From: an uncultured Chloroflexia bacterium
GTDB lineage: Bacteria; Chloroflexota; Limnocylindria; Limnocylindrales; CSP1-4
Assembly (NCBI GenBank): GCA_963832105.1
Contig: CAWHSS010000003.1
Span: 280,131 to 344,130 of the forward strand
Direction of reading: 5' to 3'
Length of the DNA: 64,000 bases
A program made the position numbers and the translations under genes. The notes beneath the pieces are model-generated. The model saw only the letters and a list, made by a program, of their open reading frames with translations, did no database searches and was not told where the DNA came from. Positions 27,715 through 37,395 of this stretch are shown one piece after another (within the stretch, counting starts at the first letter, position 1; every line of letters starts with the position of its first letter).

Positions 27715-29361
27715 TTACCTCCCGGCCGGGGCCGTCGTGAAGTGCCGCTCGTCGCGGCGTCGGAGCTCGGCGCCGGATTTCCAGATTGCGTATTCGAGGG
27801 AGTCGGCGAGCGCGGTCGCGGACGCCGCGATGATGTTCGTGTCGCTGCCCATCGTCGACCACTCCCGGGCCCCGTCGCTCGAGTCGATGATCACTCGCGT
27901 CTTGGCGGCCGTCGCCGCGTCGCCGTCGAGGATCCGGACCTTGTAGTCGATGAGGTGGACCGAGTCGATGTGGGGGTAGAACGCCCGGAGCGCCTTGCGA
28001 AGGGCGGCGTCGAGGGCGTTCACCGGGCCGTTGCCGTCGGCGGCCGTGTGGAGGATCTCGCTGTCGACCTCGACCTTGACGGTCGCCTCGGCGAGGAGCT
28101 CCTGGCCGGATCGCTGCTCGACGAGGCACGTGTAGTCGACGATCCGGAACGGCGGGAGGTAGCCCTCCTGGTGGCGGCGGATGAGGAGCTCGAAGCTCGC
28201 CTCGGCGCCCTCGAAGGCCTGGCCCTCCGACTCGAGCTGCTTGATGAGGTTCGAGAGGACCTTGGGATCGATCACCCCGTCGAGCTGGTGGCCGAGCTGC
28301 TCGGCGCGGATCCGGGTGTTGGCCTTGCCGCCCAGCTCCGAGACGACGAGCCGGCCGACGTTGCCGACGGTCGTCGGGTCGACGTGCTGGTAGCTCCGCT
28401 CGACCTTGGCGACGGCCGCGCCGTGGACGCCGCCCTTGTGGGCGAAGGCCGACCGGCCGACGTACGGCTGGTAGTCGTCGGGCTTCTGGTTGGCGATCTC
28501 GGCGACCGACCGGGCCAGTTCCGTCAGGTTCTCGATCGAGCCGCCGCCGACGGGTACGAGCTCGTGCGGGGTCTTCAGGGCGAGATTGGCGAGGATCGAG
28601 ACCATGTTCGCGTTGCCGCAGCGCTCGCCATAGCCGTTGATCGTCGCCTGGACGTGGCGGATCCCGGCTGAGACCGCGGCCATGGAGTTCGCGACGGCGA
28701 GCTCGGCGTCGTTGTGGGTGTGGATGCCCCAGGTGACATCGGGCGCGTCCGCGTCGCCGTCGAGCGCGCCACGAACGTCGCCGACGATCGCGAGGAGCTC
28801 ATCGGTCAGGGTGCCGCCGTTCGTGTCGCACAGGACGAGCGTCCGGCTGCCGGCCTGGCGTGCCGCGCGGAGCGTCGCGAGGGCGTAGTCGCGATCGGCC
28901 TTGTAGCCGTCGAAGAAGTGCTCCGCGTCGTAAACGCTCTCGCGGCCGCGATCGACGACGAACCGAACGGAGTCCGCGATCATGTCGAGGTTCTCGTCGG
29001 GCGTCGCCCCGAGGACCTCCGTGACGTGGAGCAGCCAGCTCTTGCCGAAGATCGTCACGACGGGCGTCTCGGCCGCGACCAGCTCGCGCAGGTTCGGATC
29101 GTCCTCGGCCTTGTTCGACCGGTGGCGCGTCGACCCGAAGGCGGCCAGCTTCGCGGTCTGCCAGGTCATCGTCCGGGCCGCCTTGAAGAACTCGACGTCC
29201 TTCGGGTTGGATCCCGGCCAGCCGCCCTCGACGTAGGGCATGCCGTATTCGTCGAGCATCCGGGCGACGCGCAGCTTGTCGGCGAGGGAGAGCGTGATGT
29301 TCTCGCCCTGGGTGCCGTCCCTGAGTGTCGTGTCGTAGAGAACTACCGGTTTGTCGGTCAT
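27715..29361 (-). CDS. cimA: (R)-citramalate synthase.
   Basis: The ORF is intact at 548 aa. 'LYDTTLRDGTQGENITLSLADKLRVARMLDEYGMPYVEGGWPGSNPKDVEFF', 'YDAEHFFDGYKA', 'LCDTNGG', 'GQAFEGAEASFELL' and 'ADGNGPVNALD' are collinear with the Geobacter-type CimA as I remember it. Confidence 0.85.
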   Translation of the reverse strand: MTDKPVVLYDTTLRDGTQGENITLSLADKLRVARMLDEYGMPYVEGGWPGSNPKDVEFFKAARTMTWQTAKLAAFGSTRHRSNKAEDDPNLRELVAAETPVVTIFGKSWLLHVTEVLGATPDENLDMIADSVRFVVDRGRESVYDAEHFFDGYKADRDYALATLRAARQAGSRTLVLCDTNGGTLTDELLAIVGDVRGALDGDADAPDVTWGIHTHNDAELAVANSMAAVSAGIRHVQATINGYGERCGNANMVSILANLALKTPHELVPVGGGSIENLTELARSVAEIANQKPDDYQPYVGRSAFAHKGGVHGAAVAKVERSYQHVDPTTVGNVGRLVVSELGGKANTRIRAEQLGHQLDGVIDPKVLSNLIKQLESEGQAFEGAEASFELLIRRHQEGYLPPFRIVDYTCLVEQRSGQELLAEATVKVEVDSEILHTAADGNGPVNALDAALRKALRAFYPHIDSVHLIDYKVRILDGDAATAAKTRVIIDSSDGAREWSTMGSDTNIIAASATALADSLEYAIWKSGAELRRRDERHFTTAPAGR

Positions 29362-29400
29362 CGTGGTCGAGGCTCCGTCGTGGTCGTCGGTGTCCGGTCG

Positions 29401-30542
29401 CTATGCCTGGGCCGCTGCGGTCGCCCGCGCGGCCCCGGTAATCGCGATCCGGCCGATGATCGCCTCGGTCATTGCCTTCGTTCCTACCGGCGAGCCTCCC
29501 TCCCCGCCTCCACCGAGGTCCGGGGTGCGGATGCCGTCGTCGAGGGCTTGCCCGACCGCCGACTCGATCGCCGTCGCGACGTCCTCGCGACCCAGCGACC
29601 AGCGGGCCAGCATCGCCGCCGAGAGGATCGTTCCGATCGGGTTCGCCCGATCCTGGCCGGTCATGTGCGGCGCCGAGCCGTGGATCGGCTCGTACAGGCC
29701 GAACGTGCCGTGGGCGGTCCGCCGCTCCCCGAGCGACGCCGACGGCAGCATCCCGAGCGAGCCGGCGAGGACGCTCGCCTCGTCCGACAGGATGTCGCCG
29801 AAGAGGTTCTCGGTCACGAGCACGTCGAACGAAGCGGGCTTCTTGACGAGCTGCATCGCGCACGAGTCGACGAGCTGGTGGCTGACCTCGACGTCCGGAT
29901 ACTCCGCCCGGAGGTCCTCGACGACCGTTCGCCACAGCCGCGACGTCGCGAGCACGTTGGCCTTGTCGACGCTCGTCAGGCGGTGGCGCCGGCCGCGGGC
30001 GAGCTCGAACGCCAGCGTGACGACGCGCCGGATCTCCGGCTCCGAGTACGGCAGCGTGTCGCTCGCGATCCGCTTGCCCGCCTCGCCGACCGCCTCTGTC
30101 CGGCCACCGAAGTAGAGACCACCGGTCAGCTCGCGGACGATCAGCAGGTCGACGCCCTCGAGGAGGTCCGGGCGGAGCGGCGACGACGCCACGAGCGCCG
30201 GATGGACGGTGACCGGCCGGAGGTTGCCGAACAGCCCGAGCCCGCCGCGGAGCGCGAAGAGCGACTGTTCGGGCCGGACCGTCGCCTTCGGGTCGTCCCA
30301 TTTCGGTCCGCCGACCGCGCCGAGCAGGATCGCATCGGCCTCGCCGGCCGCTCTGACGTCCTCGTCGCGAATCGCGGTGCCGTAGGCGTCGATCGCCGCG
30401 CCGCCGGCGAGGAGCTCGCTCCACTCGATGGCAAAGCCGAAGACGCCGCCCCGGCCGCGTCGAGAACCGCCCGCGCGGCCGACGCGACCTCTGGCCCGAC
30501 GCCGTCGCCGGGGATGGCGGCGATGCGATACGTCGACGTCAC
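29401..30542 (-). CDS. leuB: 3-isopropylmalate dehydrogenase. There is one frameshift near 30440.
   Basis: The GTG at 30542 overlaps the leuA stop (GTGA). 'YRIAAIPGDGVGPEV' is followed, in a second frame, by 'LLGAVGGPKWD...LRPVTVHPAL...DLLIVRELTGGLYFG...NLFGDILSDEASVLAGSLGMLPSASL'. Confidence 0.85.
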
Positions 30543-32155
30543 GAAGGCTCCTCAACGACGCGCGGCGCCACGAACGCGACCGAGACCCCGTTGATCTCGG
30601 CGCCGTGGAGCTTGTTGACGCCGACGACGTACGCCTCGAGCGACGCCTCGATGATGTTCGTGGATAAGCCGTGGCCGGACACGATGAGCGCTCCCGGCCC
30701 CTCGTCGGACGAGCGGCGGCAGCGGACGAGGACCTGGCCCTGGGCGTCCGCGTCGCTGGAGACGGCCTTGATCTCGTATTCCGTCAGCACCGGCCGCCAG
30801 CCAAGCACCGGCAGGAGTGCCTTGTCGACCGCCGAGTAGAGCGCGTCGACCGGCCCGTTGCCGGTCGCATCGGCCGTCCGGTCCTCGCCGCGAACGGTGA
30901 GCGAGACGCTGCCCGTCGCGTTGCCGCCGTGCGACGAGGTGACGCTCCAGCCGACGATCTCGACCGACGCCGGGACCTCCGAGGCGCGCTGCTCGACGAG
31001 GGCGAGCAGGTCCGCGTCGGTGACTTCCTTCTTGGCGTCGGCCAGCGCGATCGCCTGGCGGTAGAGGACGTCGAGCGCATCGCCCTCGACGTCGTGGCCG
31101 AGCTCGCGCAGCTTGCCCTGGAGGCCGCGCCGGCCGGACAGCTTGCCGATCGTCAGCTGGCTGCCCGACAGCCCGACCGACTGGGGCGTCATGATCTCGT
31201 ACGTCAGCGGGTTCTTGATGACGCCGTCCTGGTGGATCCCGCTCTCGTGGGCGAAGGCGTTGCCGCCGACGATCGCCTTGTTCGGCTGGACCGCGAAGCC
31301 GGTCAGGTAGCTGACCAGGCGCGAGGCCGCGGTGATCTGCTCGGTCTGGACGTTGGAGCCGAGCTTCGGGAACTGCGTCGGGCGCGTCCGGAGGGCCATG
31401 ACGACCTCTTCGAGTGACGCGTTGCCGGCGCGCTCGCCGAGGCCGTTGATCGTGACCTCGACCTGGCGCGCCCCGGCCTGGACCGCGGCCAGCGTGTTGG
31501 CCGTGGCGAGCCCGAGGTCGTTGTGGCAGTGGACGCTGACGGTCGCGTCGCTGCCGACGAGGTCGACGACGCGGCCGACGAGCGCACCGAACTCAGCCGG
31601 GATCGCGTAGCCGACGGTGTCGGGGATGTTGACCGTCGTCGCCCCGGCGTCGACGACCGCTTCGTACATCTGGAGGAGGTAATCGACGTCCGTCCGCGAC
31701 GCGTCCTCCGCCGAGAACTCGATTTCGGCGTCGGCGCCGAGGGCCTCGCGGCCGTAGCGGACCCAGCGGACGGCCTCGGCGAGGGCTTCCTCGCGCGACA
31801 GGCGGAGCTTGTGCTTGAGGTGGATGTCGCTCGTCGCGATGAACACGTGAAGGTGCGGCCGCTCGGCGACGCGGATCGCCTCGACGGCTCGCTGCGGATC
31901 GCCGTCGCGGCAACGGGCGAGGGCGGCGACAGCCACACCGCCCTTCGTCTCGCGGGCAATTCTCTGGACCGCTTCGAAGTCGCCGGGCGAAGCGGCGGGG
32001 AAGCCGGCCTCGATCACGTCGACCTTGAGGCGCGCGAGCTGGCGGGCGACCTCGAGCTTCTCGGCCGCGGTGAGCCCGGCGCCGGGCGCCTGCTCGCCGT
32101 CGCGCAGCGTCGTGTCGAAGATCCGAACGGTGCCGGCCGCTACCCCCGGGCTCAT
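30539..32155 (-). CDS. leuA: 2-isopropylmalate synthase.
   Basis: The ATG at 32155 overlaps the ilvC stop (ATGA). '[19 protein letters not shown]', '[21 protein letters not shown]', '[16 protein letters not shown]' and the C-terminal regulatory domain '[12 protein letters not shown]...[19 protein letters not shown]' are present. The ORF is intact. Confidence 0.9.
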   Translation of the reverse strand: MSPGVAAGTVRIFDTTLRDGEQAPGAGLTAAEKLEVARQLARLKVDVIEAGFPAASPGDFEAVQRIARETKGGVAVAALARCRDGDPQRAVEAIRVAERPHLHVFIATSDIHLKHKLRLSREEALAEAVRWVRYGREALGADAEIEFSAEDASRTDVDYLLQMYEAVVDAGATTVNIPDTVGYAIPAEFGALVGRVVDLVGSDATVSVHCHNDLGLATANTLAAVQAGARQVEVTINGLGERAGNASLEEVVMALRTRPTQFPKLGSNVQTEQITAASRLVSYLTGFAVQPNKAIVGGNAFAHESGIHQDGVIKNPLTYEIMTPQSVGLSGSQLTIGKLSGRRGLQGKLRELGHDVEGDALDVLYRQAIALADAKKEVTDADLLALVEQRASEVPASVEIVGWSVTSSHGGNATGSVSLTVRGEDRTADATGNGPVDALYSAVDKALLPVLGWRPVLTEYEIKAVSSDADAQGQVLVRCRRSSDEGPGALIVSGHGLSTNIIEASLEAYVVGVNKLHGAEINGVSVAFVAPRVVEEPS

Positions 32156-33201
32156 CGCTTCGCCCCGGTGCCGGCCGTCGCCTGCGCCTCTCCCGCCCGT
32201 ACGACGACGGGATTGAGGAACGCCATCTGGCTCCGCAGCTCCGCCCCGACCTGCTCGATCTGGTGGTCGCGATCCGCGGCCCGCATCCGCTCGAACTCGT
32301 GGCGGCCGGATTCGTTTTCGGCAATCCACCGGGCTGCGAACGACCCGTCCTGGATGTCGCCGAGGACCGCCCGCATCGTCTCGCGGACTCGCTCGTCGAT
32401 GATTCGCGGGCCGCTGACGTAGTCGCCGTACTCGGCGGTGTCGCTGACGCTGAACCGCATGAAGTTGAGGCCGCCGCGATAGAGGAGGTCGACGATCAGC
32501 TTGAGCTCGTGCATCGTCTCGAAGTAGGCGAGCTCGGGCTGATAGCCGGCCTCGACGAGCGTCTCGAACGCCATCTTGACGAGGGACGCGGTCCCGCCGC
32601 ACAGGACGGACTGCTCGCCGAACAGGTCGGTCTCGGTCTCCTCGGCGAACGTCGTCTCGAGGACGCCGGCGCGGGTGCTGCCGAGCGCGCGGGCGTAGGC
32701 GAGGGTTCGCTGGCGAGCGGTCCCGGAGGCGTCGCGATGAACCGCGAACAGCGCCGGAACGCCGCCGCCGGCCTGGTAGACGCTGCGGAGGAGGTGGCCG
32801 GGACCCTTCGGCGCGACCATCCCGACGTCGACGTCGCCGGGCGGGTCGATCCGCCCGAAATGGATGTTGAAGCCGTGGGCGAACATGACGAGCTGGCCGG
32901 GCCGGAGGTTCGGCGCGATGTCGGCGTCATAGACGGCTTTCTGGCCGGTGTCGGGGACGAGGATCATGATGGCGTCGGCGGCCTTGACGGCGTCGGCCAC
33001 GTCGGCGACCCGAAGACCCGCCTCCTCGGCGAGCGGCCGGCTCTTCGATCCCGGCGCCAGCCCGACGATCACGTCGACCCCGGACTCATGCAGGTTCAGC
33101 GCATGGGCGTGCCCCTGCGATCCGTAGCCGATGATCGCGACGGTCTGCCCGCTGAGCGCCGACGGATCCGCGTCGTTGTCGTAGTACATGCGAGCGGTCA
33201 C
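32152..33201 (-). CDS. ilvC: Ketol-acid reductoisomerase.
   Basis: The GTG at 33201 has a GGAGGG RBS 9 nt upstream. '[32 protein letters not shown]' is present. The ORF is intact at 349 aa. Confidence 0.95.
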   Translation of the reverse strand: MTARMYYDNDADPSALSGQTVAIIGYGSQGHAHALNLHESGVDVIVGLAPGSKSRPLAEEAGLRVADVADAVKAADAIMILVPDTGQKAVYDADIAPNLRPGQLVMFAHGFNIHFGRIDPPGDVDVGMVAPKGPGHLLRSVYQAGGGVPALFAVHRDASGTARQRTLAYARALGSTRAGVLETTFAEETETDLFGEQSVLCGGTASLVKMAFETLVEAGYQPELAYFETMHELKLIVDLLYRGGLNFMRFSVSDTAEYGDYVSGPRIIDERVRETMRAVLGDIQDGSFAARWIAENESGRHEFERMRAADRDHQIEQVGAELRSQMAFLNPVVVRAGEAQATAGTGAKR

Positions 33202-33254
33202 TGCTGTGGTCCCTCCGAAGTGGCGGTCTCAACGTTCACTGGCGTTCGACTCTC

Positions 33255-33416
33255 GGTCCGCCAGCCGGACCAACGGACGAACGAGGCCCCCGAAACAGGG
33301 CCAAATCGACCCGTTCCACCGTCTGATGGTCCGCTAGCCGGACCAGGCGACGAAGGAAGCGTGGAAACCAGCCCGATTCGACCCTCCCAACCGCTCGTTG
33401 GTCCGCCAGCCGGACC
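33255..33416 (-). repeat. Three copies of a 17-nt hairpin module GGTCCG-C(C/T)AGC-CGGACC at 72-73-nt periodicity in the ilvN-ilvC spacer.
   Basis: The modules are at 33255-33271, 33328-33344 and 33400-33416. The flanking ~72-nt units are recognisably similar between copies 1 and 2. Confidence 0.8.
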
Positions 33417-33463
33417 AGGGGCGGATGGGCGTGGCGACGTTCGCGCGAGGCTGTGTTGCGCCG

Positions 33464-34087
33464 TCATCGCTTGATCGCCTCCTCAATTGACGCGGAGCCC
33501 TTCGACATGACGACGGCTCCGGTCCGAACCAGCTCCTTGATGCCGTAAGTCCGGACGAGCGCGACGAACGCGTCGATGTCCGCCTCGGGCCCGGTGACCT
33601 CGACGATGACCGCCTCCGGCGCCAGGTCGACGACCCGTCCCTTCGACAGCTCGACGAGCTGCAGGATCTCCGCCCGGTTCGAGTCGGTCGCCCGGATCTT
33701 CACGAGCGCCAGCTCGTGCCCGACCGTCGGCTCCGACGTGACGTCCTGGACCTTGAGCACGTCGATCAGCCGGTAGAGCTGCTTGGCCGCCTGCTCGACC
33801 GCGACGTCGTCGCCGTGAAGCGTGATCGTCATCCGGCTGACATCGGGCTGGTCGGTGTGGCTGACCGCCAGCGAGTCGATGTTGAAGTTGCGCGCCCGCA
33901 TCAATGACGAAACCCGGTTGAGAACACCGGGTTTGTCGAGGACGATCGCGATGAGCGTGTGGCGACGGGTCTCGCCGCCGCCGGGGAGTGACCGCGCCGG
34001 CGGGGGCGTGTGGGCATGGGCGGGCGAAGCGCCGGCCGCCGCGTCCGAGGCCGGCACCTTCCCGTTCGCGCTCGGGTCGGACGTCAC
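33464..34087 (-). CDS. ilvN: Acetolactate synthase small (regulatory) subunit with a ~40-aa low-complexity N-terminal extension.
   Basis: The GTG at 34087 overlaps the ilvB stop (GTGA). '[46 protein letters not shown]...' has the ACT plus C-terminal domain layout. Confidence 0.8.
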   Translation of the reverse strand: MTSDPSANGKVPASDAAAGASPAHAHTPPPARSLPGGGETRRHTLIAIVLDKPGVLNRVSSLMRARNFNIDSLAVSHTDQPDVSRMTITLHGDDVAVEQAAKQLYRLIDVLKVQDVTSEPTVGHELALVKIRATDSNRAEILQLVELSKGRVVDLAPEAVIVEVTGPEADIDAFVALVRTYGIKELVRTGAVVMSKGSASIEEAIKR

Positions 34088-35947
34088 TCGTCGGCCCCGT
34101 CCCACTTCTCGATGAGGTCGGACAGGCCCTTGCCGGCCGGCATCATCGGGAAGACGTTCTGCTCCTCGGCCATCTCGAACCAGATGAGCGCCGGCCCGTC
34201 GACCGCCTGGGCCGCGCGGATCGCGTCGTCGACCTCGTCCGGGGTCTGGGCCCGGAACGCCGGGATGCCGTAGGCGTCGGCGAGCTTCTCGTAGTCGGGG
34301 CCCTGGAGGTGCGCCGAGTGGTAGTTGCCGGCGTAGATGATCTCCTGCCACTGGCGGATCATCCCGAGCTTCTTGTTGTCGAAGAGCGCGATCTTCACCG
34401 GGATCTTGTCCTGGACGAGGGTCATCAGCTCCTGCGACGTCATCTGGAAGCCGCCGTCGCCGGTGATCGCCCAGGTCTCGCGGTCGGGCCGGCCGAGCGC
34501 CGCGCCCATCGCCGCCGGCACGCTGAAGCCCATCGTCCCGAGGCCGCCGGACGAGACGTGCGAATTCGGCTGGCGGAACCCGGCGTAGCGGGCGAGCCAC
34601 ATCTGGTTCTGGCCGACGTCGGCGACGTAGGTCGCCGCGTGGTCGGTCAGCTCGCCGATCCGGCTGACGACGTAGTCGGCCGACAGGAGCCCGTCGCGCC
34701 AGGCCCCCGAGCCGTGCCACGAGCTCGCCTCGGATTCGCGACGCCACTCGGCGAGCTCCGCGAAGTAGCTCGCCCGCGCCTCTGGCTTCACCTCGTCGAC
34801 CATCGGCAGGAGGGCGCGGAGGACGCGCCCCGCATCGCCGACGATCGGGACCTCGACGGCGACGTTCTTGCCGATCTCGGCGGGGTCGATGTCGACATGG
34901 ATGATCCGGGCGTACGGCGCATAGGTCCGGACGTTGCCCGTGACCCGGTCGTCGAAGCGCATCCCGATCGCGAACAGGAGATCGGCCGACTGGATCGCCC
35001 GGTTGACGTGCTTCCAGCCGTGCATGCCCATGAAGCCGTAGCTGAGCGGATGGTCCTCCGAGATCGCCCCGACCCCGAGGAGCGTGTGGGCGATCGGGAT
35101 CTGGGTCTTCTCGGCGAAGGCGCGGAGGTCGTCCCAGGCCTCGGCATGGAGGACGCCGTGGCCGGCGAGGATCACGGGCCGCTTCGCCTTCGCGAGCTCC
35201 TGGGCGGCGAGCTTGAGCTGGCGGCCGTTCGCCTCGAGGTTCGGCCGGAAGCCGGGGAGGCCGGCGACGACCTCCTCGTCGGTCGGGTGCTGGGCGCTCG
35301 TCTCCTGCTGGAGGGCGTCCTTCGTGATGTCGATGTGGACGGGGCCGGGGCGGCCGGTGCGGGCGATGTGGAACGCCTCGGCGAAGACCCGCGGCAGGTC
35401 GTCGGCATTGCGGACGAGGTAGTTGTGCTTCGTCATCGGCAGGGTGATGCCGTTGATGTCGATCTCCTGGAACGCGTCCTTGCCGATGAGGACCCCGGGC
35501 ACGTTGCCGGTGATCGCGACCATCGGGACGGAATCGAGGAGGGCGGTGCCGATGCCCGTGACGAGGTTCGTGGCGCCCGGGCCCCGACGTGCCCATGCAC
35601 ACGCCGACGCGGCCCGTGACCCGGGCGTAGCCATCGGCGGCGTGGGCGCCGCCCTGCTCGTGACGGACGAGGATGTGGCGGATCTCGGGGTAGTCGCCGA
35701 GGACGTCGTAGAGCGGCAGGATCACGCCGCCCGGGTAGCTGAAGAAGACGTCGACGCCCTGGCGCATGAGCGCCTCGCAGACGACGTCGGCCCCGATCCG
35801 GGTCCGTCGCCGTGGCCGGGTGTCGTCGAGCATCGCCTTGCGCGCCCGCTCGACGGCCGCGGCGTGGGTCGTCCCGTCGCCCGGCACGTGCGTCCGACGC
35901 GCGTCGGGACTCGGCGGCTTGGCCGATTTCCCTCGGGTCAGTGTCAT
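34084..35947 (-). CDS. ilvB: Acetolactate synthase large subunit. There is one frameshift near 35575-35585.
   Basis: The ATG at 35947 has a GGGAGA RBS. '[30 protein letters not shown]...[29 protein letters not shown]' is followed, in a second frame, by '[25 protein letters not shown]...' through to 'IEKWDGADE'. Confidence 0.9.
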
Positions 35948-35976
35948 CGCTCGTCTCCCGATCCGTCCTGCGTGCA

Positions 35977-36173
35977 ATAAAAAACCCTCGCCTTCCCGGC
36001 GAGGGTCCCGTTGGTCTTCAGTGGTGCGGCGCTCAGCGCCCGTCCCTCCGAGGTCCTCCGTTCTCCCGCCGGGAGCCGGTAATAAGGCCGAGAAGGCCGT
36101 CCAGCCCAAGGAGGAGCGAGCGAAGAATTCCGAGGAGCGATACGTCGTCGAACATGGGGTCGTTCAGGGGCAT
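35977..36173 (-). promoter_or_regulatory. Candidate leader-peptide transcription attenuator of the ilv-leu operon.
   Basis: A 46-codon ORF (36173-36033) has 11 Leu, 2 Ile and 1 Val. It is followed by the terminator hairpin CCCUCGCC-GGGAA-GGCGAGGG (36006-35986) and UUUUUUAUU (35985-35977), about 30 nt before the ilvB ATG. Confidence 0.55.
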
Positions 36174-36386
36174 CTGGACGCGGCGGCCGTCGCCTCGCAC
36201 GGCGATGGCGACTCGGCGTCGGTCCTGACGATCAAACAGACCCAATGGGGACTCCGTGGTAAACGCCCGACAGCCGCTCAAAACCGGCTGTGTCCGCGCA
36301 GTCTACGGGCCCTCGCACGATCGCGCAACCTGCAGGACCCCACCGGAGGGCACATCGGCCCGGTGCGTGTCGACCGGGAATCAACA

Positions 36387-36410
36387 ACGACCGCCGAGAT
36401 CGGCGGTCGT
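36387..36410 (-). terminator. Rho-independent terminator candidate downstream of the 36508-36603 micropeptide gene.
   Basis: A perfect 10-bp stem ACGACCGCCG-AGAT-CGGCGGTCGT is followed on the minus strand by TGTTGATT. Confidence 0.55.
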
Positions 36411-36507
36411 CGTCGTCAGGTGTGTCGGGCCGAGCGGCCCGGATCAGCTCAGAACCAGCGGTGGCCTGCGAGCGGGCCGGCTGTTGGTTCGGTCGTCGCG
36501 GTGTTGG

Positions 36508-36603
36508 TCACTCGAACCACCACCGCATTCCTGCACCGAGGCTCATGGCCATCGTCGCCAGGAGCATAAGTGCCGTAGTGAAGCGCGCCAGGTTCGCCTT
36601 CAC
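36508..36603 (-). CDS. Hydrophobic micropeptide (31 aa). Its function is unknown.
   Basis: The GTG at 36603 lies 5 nt after a GAAGGAG RBS (36609-36615). The sequence is 'VKANLARFTTALMLLATMAMSLGAGMRWWFE'. About 25 of 31 codons end in G or C. Confidence 0.4.
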   Translation of the reverse strand: MKANLARFTTALMLLATMAMSLGAGMRWWFE

Positions 36604-36809
36604 GATGACTCCTTCATGTGCGGTATGCGCACCTGGTCCGGCGGCCGGGCGGTCTTGCGTCTGACGACCCAAGATCCCTGGCTTTGCGTCTCCACCTCGC
36701 GATGGATTTGCCCTGGACGGCCATTGAGCGGTAGGCCTTTGGCCCACGTTGCGAAGCTACGCTGCCATCGGTCCGGGGACCATGAGAAATTGGTACTGCC
36801 CCCACCCCG

Positions 36810-37395
36810 TCAGAGGGGGGAGTTGACCTCGAGCACCGGCGCGCTGGACGCATCCGGGTCTGCCGCGGATGGCCGCCGGGCGGAGCGCATCGAGGCGGCG
36901 ATCACGATCGCGATCCCGGCCCCGATCAGCAGGTCGCCGATGCTCGCGATGTTGGTGAACGGCAGCCAGGCGGGCAGCACGATGACGTCGGTCAGGAACT
37001 CGAGAGCCGGCGACGCGATGACGCGCGTGTTCGAGTAGACGACGATCCCGTCCGGCCCGACTGCCGCGGCGGAATGGCTCGCCGGCATGTAGCCGCCGTT
37101 GGCGATGATCGCGGCCAGGTTGGATGCCGCGCCGATCGCGACGAGCGGCCATGCCCGGGATCCGGAGGTTTGCCAGGACGGCGACGAGGACGAGGGCGGT
37201 CGAGGCGACGTAGAGCGGCGGCCCGGCGTCGCCGATCCGCTCGCTGACCGGCCCCGAGAACAGGACGACCTGCAGCGCGAACCCGGCGACCGCCAGCATC
37301 CCCCAGCGGAACTTGAGATTGGCCAGACCGGACGGCCGCCCACCGAGCAGGAAACCCAGCAGGAGCCCGATCGGCAGCGCGTAGAACAGGAACAT
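36810..37395 (-). CDS. DUF5317-like integral membrane protein. There is one frameshift near 37140.
   Basis: '[46 protein letters not shown]', then in a second frame 'ALVAIGAASNLAAIIANGGYMP...IGDLLIGAGIAIVIA'. The ATG overlaps the stop of the GGDEF/EAL gene (TGATG). Confidence 0.55.

Noticed and set aside
33198-33467. An 89-codon ORF fills the ilvN-ilvC gap exactly. Its ATG overlaps the ilvN stop (ATGA) and its TGA overlaps the ilvC GTG (GTGA). It has 24-aa internal repeats.
   Set aside because: Only about 60% of its codons end in G or C, versus ~85-95% in neighbouring genes. The product is Gly/Pro/Ser low-complexity. The repeats follow the DNA hairpin periodicity. ilvC has its own GGAGGG RBS inside the ORF. 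The region is treated as a structured non-coding spacer.
36033-36281. An 82-aa ORF upstream of ilvB, considered as a conventional protein gene.
   Set aside because: There is no RBS at 36281. The N-terminal half is Arg-rich with poor codon bias. Only the distal 46 codons (the Leu-rich part) make sense, and then as a leader peptide. It is reported as a regulatory element instead.
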